This document shows, one piece after another, positions 54,241 to 64,000 of a DNA stretch of 64,000 bases. The position numbers and the translations under genes are program-made. Each line of letters opens with the position of its first letter. The stretch's first letter is position 1. Source of the stretch: Octopus sinensis (lineage: Eukaryota); assembly GCF_006345805.1 (NCBI RefSeq), contig NC_043005.1:20956001-21020000 (forward strand), read 5' to 3'. The notes under the pieces are model-generated. The model was not told the DNA's origin and made no database searches. It saw nothing but the letters and a program-made list of their open reading frames with translations.

Positions 54241-55699
54241 TCGGTTGTCATGTATGTATGCGTGTGTGTTTGTGTCTGTATATATTTCATCATCGTTCTT
54301 TAACAGTTGTAATTAATGTGTTATTTAGTATTGAAATTTTTAAATGCTTTCTTGTATATATGAGAACATTTCAATTTAAATGTTATGAAATACATTTCCT
54401 CAAGACAAAAATCACATTTAAAATTCCTAGTATTGTACAATGGTGCATAACTAATAATGGACCACTTTAAATCTTGGTTAATTTTCCTGTCTTTTAAATC
54501 TCAAATGCATTTGCTAATATTTATAGAATTAATAACATTTGAAATATTTCTTCTAAACTTGAATGAGGAAGAATTATTATGCAATCTAGATTTCCAAATT
54601 GTAGCATATGGATATTGGCAATAATATGTAGAATCCCCTCTTATGACCTTTCATTTATACACTATATTCTTCCTTGGACACTGATTTTATAAAGGGCAGA
54701 TAATTTTGTTTTTGAAATTACAAAAGCATTCTCTTGCATGTGGTACTCATAGTCAAGAGAATTAGTACTAATCCTCCTCTTAGAAGTATGTATTAAAATG
54801 GTATTATTATCAGTATTATAATCATAATAGATAGTAATAATATTAATTGCTTTTCATGTAATCTAATATGCATAATTTAAAACAAATTGTTTTACCATAT
54901 TTAATAAATAGATAACCAATTGTTGTGACATAAAATTTCAATGTTTGTAATTGTTGTGACATAGAACCCCTATGTTTATTTGTTATCATGAACTAGAAGG
55001 AATGCCAGGGTAATAAACATTTTAAACCACATATACTTAACATATATGCTTCATGTATTTGCTGGTAGGTTGCTATTTAGTGTGGTGAAGAATACTCTCT
55101 CAAAGCACTGGGTGTTAAAACACCTGAAAGTCATGGCCAGGTGAGACAGAGTACAACTCTTCTCCAATCTCATCTAGGAGTGATGGGTATTAACAATTTC
55201 ACCACTTTTGTGGTTTGTCAACATCATGTCCCTTCAGGTTGATGGCCCTGCTCGATCTGTAGAAAGGGTGTAGGTAGATAATCTATAAAATGTACCCAAG
55301 TGTAAGCTATGGACACATAAGAGGTGCAGCAATATCAAAGGAAGACTAACTGGAAAGATAGTTTTTGTATGTGGCAGATGCTCAGGAGCATAAACACTAA
55401 GTATTTGTGGTTAGTAATGTTTATTATGCTAGCACTGCTATTTCTTATTTGATTTAATTCTTACATATGCATTGTCTGGACATACTCACTCATGGTTTGC
55501 ATGCTATGTGCATATAAGTCATGACCTATGAAATGATTCATTTCCAATTATGTTCAGGTGTATGATATTAAGAAGACATTGATGTCCATCACTCCTAGAC
55601 AAGATTAGAGATGAGTTGTCTCTCCTGTCCATGACTTTCAAGTGTTGTAACACCTCTTGGGTTAAGAGAGAATTCTTCACCATGCCAAATGTCTGCCTA

Positions 55700-56290
55700 C
55701 CAGCAAATACATGGTGCATGTGTAGGTTATGTCATGTTTCTGTGGAAGACATCATGCATGTGATTAGCAGCTGCCTTACAATGTCATCATAGTATTCCCT
55801 CTGTATTCAGCATGATGTTGTTGCAAAAACAATTTACAATGTCATCTAAAATAAGCTTTGAAAATCCATCTGTTATGGAATACACTCAGAAACACCAACT
55901 CAAGGAATACTGGTGGAATATTCCCATCAAAACTTCTATCAAGCCAGATATTGTTGTTTGAGACAGAGGAGAAAAGGTATGTACCATTATAGAGGTCAGT
56001 TGCCCTGCAGATATTAACATCTCTTTGAAAATCAAAGAAAAAAAGTATGTCTATGTACAACTGCTTCGAAACCTCCAGCTTCTACATGCAGACTATGAAT
56101 TCATATTCATATCAATAATAATTTGTGCACTAGGTTTTGTTAGTAAATGCTTAAAGGAGAATGTGGATGAACAGGGATTTTCAGATGAAGAAATTGACCA
56201 GCTGACATTACAAATGCAATCTGTGAGTTGAACAGTAAAAATATGCAAGACTCTTCTAAAGTTCCAAATGTGAATTTTTCTGTGTACTGA
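55700..56290 (+). mobile_element. RLE-clade non-LTR retrotransposon 3' fragment
   Basis: YWWNIPIKTS.KPDIVV*DR.EKVCTIIEVSCPADINI..KIKEK..Y.QLLRNLQLL. Confidence 0.7.
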
Positions 56291-56589
56291 CTCAACATAC
56301 TGCACACATACATGCATACATGCAAAAATACCCTATTGATGTTGAAATTCTAATGAAGGAGTGCTGTTTCTAGTTTAGAAACTGGCTCTTTCTTTATTGG
56401 CAAGAAATCTTTGAAAATAACTGAATAATACATATACACACACACTTATGTGCATGTTTTTTATCTTTGTGCAAATTTCTTCCATTTGTTTCACTCTATA
56501 TATTTCATTGTAACATTCTCATATCCTAATTTTAACCTTCCTCCCATCATACATGCAGCATCTATATATGTTTCTGTTATCATTTCCAG

Positions 56590-56760
56590 TTTTCTCAAAT
56601 ATTAACTGTGGATCTCCAAAAGATGTTGCTGGTGCATTCAAGTTGTACAATAGCACCACCTATCAATCTGAAGTGATCTATACTTGCTCAGATGGAGAAC
56701 AACTAAAGTCAGAATGTGAAAAGGACAATAAATGGACTCCTGTAGCATCTGTTTGTAATG
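56590..56760 (+). CDS. Exon Sushi3
   Basis: Acceptor atcatttccag|tt, donor aatg|gtaacg. Encodes xFSNINCGSPKDVAGAFKLYNSTTYQSEVIYTCSDGEQLKSECEKDNKWTPVASVCN. Confidence 0.88.
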
Positions 56761-57809
56761 GTAACGTAAATAGTTTCTCTCTTGTCATTGTCTGTGTAAT
56801 TTAGTGTAATTTTGTGTGTTAAATGGATTTGTCAGAGAAAGTCTGGTTGATTCCATGACAATTTCCACTGTATTTGTGGCATGTGGGAGGAAGAGAGGAA
56901 TCTGGTAGTGTCAGCCCACAAGTCCTCCCCAAATGCTTGCAACAGGGTGGACATGAGTAATTGTACCCAAGGGCCGGGAATTAAATTAGGTGATGGAGTA
57001 AAGTCTGCCAACCAAACAGTGGAAATGTGGAAGCTTGTTCCCAACAGTAGGGTTCTACATTGATTCCATCTACCAACTTTTCTTTAGCTGTGAAGCATAT
57101 TTTTAAGCACATGATCTATTCCCTCTTCTACCATCCTCCATCCCACCTTTCGTTCTCCCTCACATATCCACCTAACTACCTGCATGCAAACTGCTTCCTT
57201 CATATACCAGCCATTTCTAGCTCCCACTGTGTTTTCAAAATCTTGTGACTCACCCACCTTGCTGCCCTCTCCAATCCCCAATCCATTTCACTATAAACAC
57301 CACCCTGTAACTTGGGTGTACAACTCCTACTTCCCTCTCTCATATTTTCATTGTCTTTTTCTCTGTTTTCTCTCCTTCATCAGAGGAAGACATGTCTCTT
57401 TTCTAATGCAAGATCCACTTATTTGGTGGCCTCACTCAGCCGGTGCCATGCATAAATCATCCAGTACACTCTATAAAGTGGTTGACATTAGCAAGATCAT
57501 CCAGCCACAGAAACCATGCCACAACAGACAGAAGAACTTGGTGCAGTCTTCTGATTTGCCTGTTTCTATTAGACTGTCCTATACATACCAGCATAGAAAC
57601 TAGATACTAAATGATGATGATCCTGATGATAATGACCATGATTCCACTCAGTACCACAGGCTTGTGAAGTAAACTTCTTGCTCTTAAAGTTACACCTGAA
57701 TATTTCTATGCAGATCTTCACTAAATTTCTAACATGGCGTTTTCCACTTGTACCATGTATCATTATCCAAAACCCTGTGCAATATTATGCAATATAATGA
57801 GTCATTATC

Positions 57810-58260
57810 GTCATCATCATCATCATCACCGATTAACGTCTGTTTTCCATGCTGGCATGGGTTGGACGGTTTGACTGAGGTCTGGAGATCTAGTGGCTGC
57901 ACCAGGCTCCGAACTGAACTGGCAGAGTTTCTACAGCTGGATGCCATTTCTAACGGCAACCAATCCAAGATTGTAGTGGGTGCTTTTTATGTGCCACCAG
58001 CACAAGAGTCAGTAAAGTAGGCCTGGCAGCAGTCACGTTGGGATGGTGCTTTTTATGTGTCACCAGCACAGGTGCCAGTCAGTGGGTACTGGCGTCGGTC
58101 ACGATCAGTTGGTGCTTTTTATGTGCCACCAGCACGGGCCAGTCAGTGGGTACTGGCATCGACTGTATTCGGATGATGCCTTTTATGTGCAATTGGCATA
58201 GGAGCCAGCCAGGGGGCACCGACCCCAGCTATGATATTGGTTTTACTTGTTTCAACAGGT
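57810..58260 (-). mobile_element. SINE-like repeat with internal tandem units
   Basis: catcatcacc...ccatgctggcatgggttggacgg...ggtgctttttatgtgccaccagcac, about 4 units. Confidence 0.8.
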
Positions 58261-58299
58261 CTTCTCAAGCATATCATATCACCCAACGCATCAGGTTAT

Positions 58300-59590
58300 T
58301 TTTAGCAGGGCTGGACGTGTGTGGCTACCATCTCACTTTAGTTGCCAGGTCTTCTCAATCACAACATATCTCCAAAGGTCCCAGTCTCCTGTCATTGCCT
58401 CTGTGAGGTCCAATGTTCGAAGGTCATTCTTCACCACTGCATCACATGTCTTCCTGTGTCTACCTCTTTTACAGGTTCTTTCCACAGTTAGGGAGTGGCA
58501 CTTCCTCACGCAGCTGTTTTCATTCATATGTAATACGTGGCCATACCAGTGCAGTCACCTCACTTGCACACCACTTTTGATGCTTCTTATGCCCAACTTT
58601 TCTCTCAGGACACTTACACTCTGTCGTGTATGCACAGACATTACACATCCAGTGGATCATACTAGCTTCATTTCTTTCAAGCCTACGCATGTCCTCAGCA
58701 GTCATGGCCCATGTTTCACTGCTGTGTAGCATGGCAATTCACACACTTGCATCATACAGTCTACCTTTCACCCTGAGTGGGAGGCCTTTAGTTGCCAGCA
58801 GAGGTAGGAGCTCCCTGAACTTTGGCCAAGCTATTCTTATCCTAGTTGCTACACTTTCAGAGCAACCATCCCCACTACAGATTTGGATGCCTAGGTAGCA
58901 GAAGCTATTAACTACTTCTAGTTTCTTCCCCTGGCATGTGATGGAATCTGTTTTCTGTACTTCTTCAATGTTTACTGCCCCTGTGCATTTACCACATGCA
59001 AAAAGTAGTTTCCTGGCTAATCTTTCTTTGATATTGCTGCACCTTTTACATGTCTATAGCTTACACCAGTTACATTGTATGGAGTTTCTGCCCATGCCTT
59101 TTCTACTGTTTGAACAGGGCCATCTACCTGAAGTGGGGTTGTGATTTGACAGCCTTCCTACTTACTCGGATTTGGCTTTGGCTAGGGTAACCCTAAGGTC
59201 CTTCAATTCTAGACCTTGCTTCCACACCCTAAAGTTTTTCTCCAATCCTGGCAGTGACACGGCTATTAGAGCAAGGTCATTAGCACAGAGGAGCTCCCAG
59301 GGGCAGCTGGTCTTAAATTCCTCTGTTATTTTCTGGAGGACTATAATGAATAAGAGGGGGCTTAGGACTGATCTTTGGTGAACCCCTAATTCTACTTGGA
59401 ATTCTTCCCTTTGCTCATTGTCAACTCTCACCTTACTGACTATGTCCCTGTACAGAGCTTTTACAGCTCTTACGAGCCACTCAATTATTCCCAGTTTCCA
59501 CATTGACCACCAGATAAGGGATCAGGGGTTCCTGTTAAAAGCTTTCTCCAAGTCAACAAATGCCAAATACAAAGGTTTATATATATGTAT
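58300..59590 (-). mobile_element. RTE-like LINE, RT to 3' end
   Basis: YLAFVDLEKAF, KLGIIEWLVRAV.ALY...SKVRV, GVHQ.SVLSPLLFII, PWELL.ANDLAL, LHSSETWAMTAEDMRRLERNEAS, RGRHRKT.D.VV. Confidence 0.88.
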
Positions 59591-59779
59591 ATAGATGATA
59601 AACACAAGTTTATAAACTTGTGGCATCATATTTTCTCCTACATTTCTGCTGTTTATCAAACCTAGTAATACTACTCAGTATAGTCATTGCTTAACGACTA
59701 TACAGGATACAGGTTGTACAGTGATAATCTACTGGAAACACTAAACTTTATAATTGCTGTCATCTGTTTTTTACACACA

Positions 59780-59827
<48 letters not shown>

Positions 59828-59829
59828 TG

Positions 59830-60330
59830 TGCTGATGGCATGTAAAAAGCACCATCCGAATGTGGTCGATGCCAGGTCCGCCTAACTGGCCCCTGTGCCA
59901 GTAGCTTGTAAAAAGCACCAACCAGTCGTGACTGATGCCAGTACCCCGTGACTGGCTCCTGTGCTGGTGGAACTCAGAATGTACCATCCGAACATGTTTG
60001 TTTCCATGCCTGCCTTATTGGCTCCAGTGCTGGGGACATGTCAAAAGCTCCAACCAATCATGACTGACGCCAGTACACTCTTATTGATTGCTGTGCCGGT
60101 GGCTCATAAAAAGTACCATCCCAACATGATCATGGCCAGGTCTGCCTTACTGGCACATAAAAAGCACCCACTACTCTCTCGGAGTGGTTGGCATTAGGAA
60201 GGGCATTCAGCTGTAGAAACTCTGCCTGACCAGTTTGGAGCCTGGTGCAGCCACTGGCTCTCCAGACCTCAAACCATCCAAGCCATGCCAGCATGGAAAA
60301 CGGACATTAATCAATGCGGATGATGATAAT
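59830..60330 (+). mobile_element. SINE-like repeat with internal tandem units and GAT tail
   Basis: gcatgtaaaaagcacc units; tail ccatgccagcatggaaaacggacatt...gatgat. Confidence 0.78.
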
Positions 60331-60639
60331 ATACGTATATACTAGCCCAGTGATGCAAACAGGATAATTGCACTCAAAACATGTATATTTAAAAAATATC
60401 TTTTATGAAGATAATGCTATAAAAATTTCATACTTACGTACACATGCATGTATGTATGTGTGTATATTTCTATAAGTATATGCATGTTCATCCATGCATC
60501 TTTTCTCTCCACTTTTCCTAGGAAGGTCATGTAGTGGAATCTACAGGTATCTCCTCCAGATTTTTCTATTAGAAGCAATTGTAATTAGATATTCTGACTA
60601 GATTCCCAAGCATAACTGACTTAAACTATGGATATTATC

Positions 60640-62090
60640 AAACCATCACATTCTCAATCAGCCTGTTCACCTGTTAGTGACTCAGCTTAAAGAATCCATC
60701 GTGTGAGTCTTTCTTGTGACATTCTAATCAAATGTCTGTAATATCAGAGCTTGTGATCACTCAATGTGCAGAAGTAGCACCTCAACCTGGAGAGACTACC
60801 TCATCTTTGAGTTATATAAACTGTTAATTAATGTTACTCTAAAAATCCTTTGGTGGAAAACCATTTCATCTGCTTGACTTCATAATGGTATCCTTTTATT
60901 CATTACCCAACATTCATGACCACACGTGAGGATAGTCATGATGCTCAAATTAAAGACAAGTCTGGTTCTTAGAGTAACCTCTTCTCTTCCGCAGATTGAA
61001 TGCAGGAGCTAGTATATTACCATGCCGACTCCTGCAATTTTTACATCTAATTTTGCCATCTGCTTCTTACACTCATGGATATGGATCTGAAATGCTGAAA
61101 CTTATCCAGTTGACTTCAACTTCAACTCAAAGTGAATTGGGAAGACTCTCTTGACAGGATCATTGTCTTAGTCTGTGCTACACCAATTTTACTCCTCTGA
61201 TGCAGTAGTTAGCACTGAACTCAATCAGTGCATGCTGGTGATTGCCTTCTTATGGGTGAAAGAAGACAATGTCATCTACAAATATCAGCCAACCAATCCT
61301 AAACCCACTGGTTTTAATATCAATTTCACAATGGCCTTGCCACATTTGAGTGCTTTAATCACCTCTAGGACTTTGGCTTCTGGAAGCTTAGATTGCACTT
61401 GTAGATACATCTTTTGTCTACCTTTTGCTATGAAGTCAGTGAATGTTTTACTAGAATACTTTATTGGTCAATTTAAAGTCAGAGTCCAGCTTAACCTCAA
61501 TCTTCCCATAATTTAGCCTTTAGCAGGTTTACTCTTTCTGTTGCATCTCAGTGCAACATATATTTAAAATGAGAGACTCATTTCCAATGCACACACTATA
61601 AGCCTTTTTGTATGGCATCTTTGTATTCCTGGTTAAATCAGGGAGTTATTTTACCTCTCAGTGCCACACTAAGTTGCTTTCCTTTACAACATTGTTGAAA
61701 CTGTTGTGCAAAACATTCTTCATTCTATTTATTTATCCCCAGTTTATTTAGAAAGGTCTCTGAATTTGGATTCAGTAGTGTCTATATATTTGTTTCTGAT
61801 CCCATCATTCAGCAGACATTCCCACTTTATTCTGTAATTTAACTGATCTTACCAGTTTTGTGAGTTGCAGACAACTAGGTGGTGATCAGTTGATTGCATA
61901 GACCATCTTTTCACATAAATATCCCATCATGGAAACAAAGAGATCCAAGATAATAGCAAGATCTATCAGTGACCTCTGTCCCATTTGTAGCAAGTCATAA
62001 AAGGTGACAATATGACGTAATGGTTGTTTGCCCAAACAAGCATAATTGTTGGTATCCCATTGGTTAAAATTACTGCCCATATACGAAATC
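60640..62090 (-). mobile_element. Very decayed LINE (RTE-like)
   Basis: Faint motifs only (FTDFIAK similar to FxDFxKA; DPV..VFPIHF similar to GD.LSP.LF; LIRMS..RLT.WI). Confidence 0.4.
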
Positions 62091-62181
62091 TAAACTTTCA
62101 TCAAAGAAATGTTTCGTGAAATATAGTTCTTAGAATTCGGATATAAACAGTTATAAAAACCCTGATTTTTGGGAAATTACT

Positions 62182-62307
62182 CAGTGTTCGTAGGATTGTT
62201 ACTTAACTCCACGACACTCATTACAGTGTTCATAGGATTGTTACTAAACTCTACGATACTCACAACAGTGTTTGTAGGATTGTTACTAAACACCACAACA
62301 CTCACTC
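62182..62307. repeat. 42-bp minisatellite x3 (cagtgttcgtaggattgttactaaactccacgacactca...)
   Basis: Units start at 62182, 62224 and 62266. Confidence 0.9.
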
Positions 62308-62964
62308 ATTGAGAAATTGGCTATTTTTTATGCCATGTCTATGATAAAAATCCAACAAGACATTTGAATTGTTGTGAACTCTAGTAGTTAGTATGAAAGA
62401 TTAGCTCATGTGAATTTTAAGTCGTAATTCTCTACGACAAAATGACTTTACTTTCCAATTGTACTATAAATGCTAAATGCACATAAATAAAATAATGTAG
62501 CAATTATTTTCTCTTTCTTCACATTCTTCAACTCGTTAATGAAATTTATTTCTGCAGTTATGAAACTGTATTTTTTATAGTGGTTAAAAGAACATGAATT
62601 TGTTTATCTTCAACATACATGCATGCATAAAATGCCCGTTAGTGTTTCAGAGTAAATATTTCTCGCTATGGTGTTTACGTTGCTGGAGTCAGGATTTATG
62701 TATAATGATAAAACTTATAAGTAAGTTATAAGTGATGGGTTTATCAATATATATTCCTACTTCAAATGTAAAATATATTTATCTATTTCCAAATAGGAAA
62801 CATATAAAAGTAGTGTTACACAAACAGTAACCAAATGTAGCTATAAAAAGTGGTGACCGACTATCCTGTCCCACTCAATATCTTTTCTTCCAAGTTTATC
62901 TCCTCATTCTTTCCCTCCTTCTAATACATGCAGCAATGATAAACATCTCTGTTTTCAATTACAG

Positions 62965-63135
62965 AATATGCACAAATAAACTGTGGAACTCCAAAAGATA
63001 TTGCTAATGCATTGAAGTCTTATAAAACCTCCTCCTATAAAGCTGAAGTGACCTATACTTGCTCAAAGGGAGAAAAGTTAAAGTCAACATGTGAAAAGGA
63101 CAACAAATGGACTCCAATACCTTCCGCTTGTAAAG
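62965..63135 (+). CDS. Exon Sushi4
   Basis: Acceptor ttcaattacag|aa, donor aaag|gtaatg. Encodes xYAQINCGTPKDIANALKSYKTSSYKAEVTYTCSKGEKLKSTCEKDNKWTPIPSACK. Confidence 0.88.
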
Positions 63136-64000
63136 GTAATGTAAATAGCTTCTCTCCTGTTGTTTCGGTCTGTCTATTAATATTTGATTTTTGCATTAAA
63201 TGTTTTTGTTAGCAGAATACTGGCTGACTCCATGACAATTTCTGTAGTGTTTTTGGCTGGTGGGAGGAAGAGAAGGAGCTGTCCTCAGACCAGAGATCTC
63301 TCCATATGCTTGCAACAGAGTGAACTCCTTTAATACTAGCCAAGGGCCTAGTAATGCTGTTAAATTGGGTGATTTGAACTGATAGACTAAACAGCATGAA
63401 TACCCACTATAAAAGAAATACACTTGACATGTAATTGTCCTCCTTCTCCTCCTCCTCATCGTCATCATCATCATCATAACTAATGCTCATTTTGCAAGCT
63501 AACCTGGGCTGAACAGTTTGACAGGTTTCAATGATACACAGATTGCATGAGGCCCAAATGTCACTTCTGGTATGATTTCTGTTTCTTGTTGCACATCCTA
63601 GCACCAACCACTTTACAGTGTGTACTGGGTGGTGCGTTTTTTCATGAAACTGGCATTAGTGAGGTCAGCAAACAACTTGAAAGACAAAGTAAAAAGAGGA
63701 ATAGGGCGAAAAGCTTCTCCGCCATGTTAATCTGTACTGGAGGGAGGAAAAATAGCATTATGCTAGGTGGTGTAGGTAAAAGTATGACAAAGGGACAAGC
63801 ACAGGTATCTTGCTATAGAGGAAATACATGACCACCCCAGTTTTGCAAGGGTGGGTGAGGGTAGTTGGAAGGGAGAAAATGATGGTGGTGACATATATCC
63901 TGATCATACTTTCTAGGTACAAGAAGGTGAGTATCAGGAAGAATATAGCGAGGTGGAGAAAAAAGTGTGGATAAATTAATAAAAAGTATGGTGGGAGAGT

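Noticed and set aside
56881-57063. Hidden exon suggested by shared TQGPG..I.LGDG peptides after Sushi2 and Sushi3
   Set aside because: Indels and stops differ between the three copies and there are no consistent splice sites. It is treated as non-coding duplicated sequence (see finding).

Overview
Animal genomic DNA, AT-rich and dense in microsatellites and transposon debris. The SINE and LINE families look like those of octopus (coleoid cephalopod) genomes; this is recognised from memory, not from a search. No prokaryotic features are present. The window lies inside one large + strand gene with no start or stop codon visible. Nine symmetric phase-1 exons with AG/GT boundaries splice in frame into 1860 nt (620 codons) of an extracellular mosaic protein: PAN-A1, Sushi1, PAN-B1, PAN-A2, Sushi2, PAN-B2, PAN-A3, Sushi3, Sushi4. 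The [PAN-A, Sushi, PAN-B] unit was tandemly duplicated together with its introns, which still align. Paralogous exons show many amino-acid changes but few silent ones, which suggests diversifying selection on a modular recognition or adhesion protein. The introns (2.4-19.7 kb) hold Penelope-like, R4/Dong-like, RTE, CR1/L2-like and L1/Tx1-like retroelement remnants, an internally deleted mariner, Helitron-like elements, tRNA-derived SINEs and long (TA)n/(CA)n tracts. Exon and TIR coordinates were counted base by base; most transposon boundaries are approximate.
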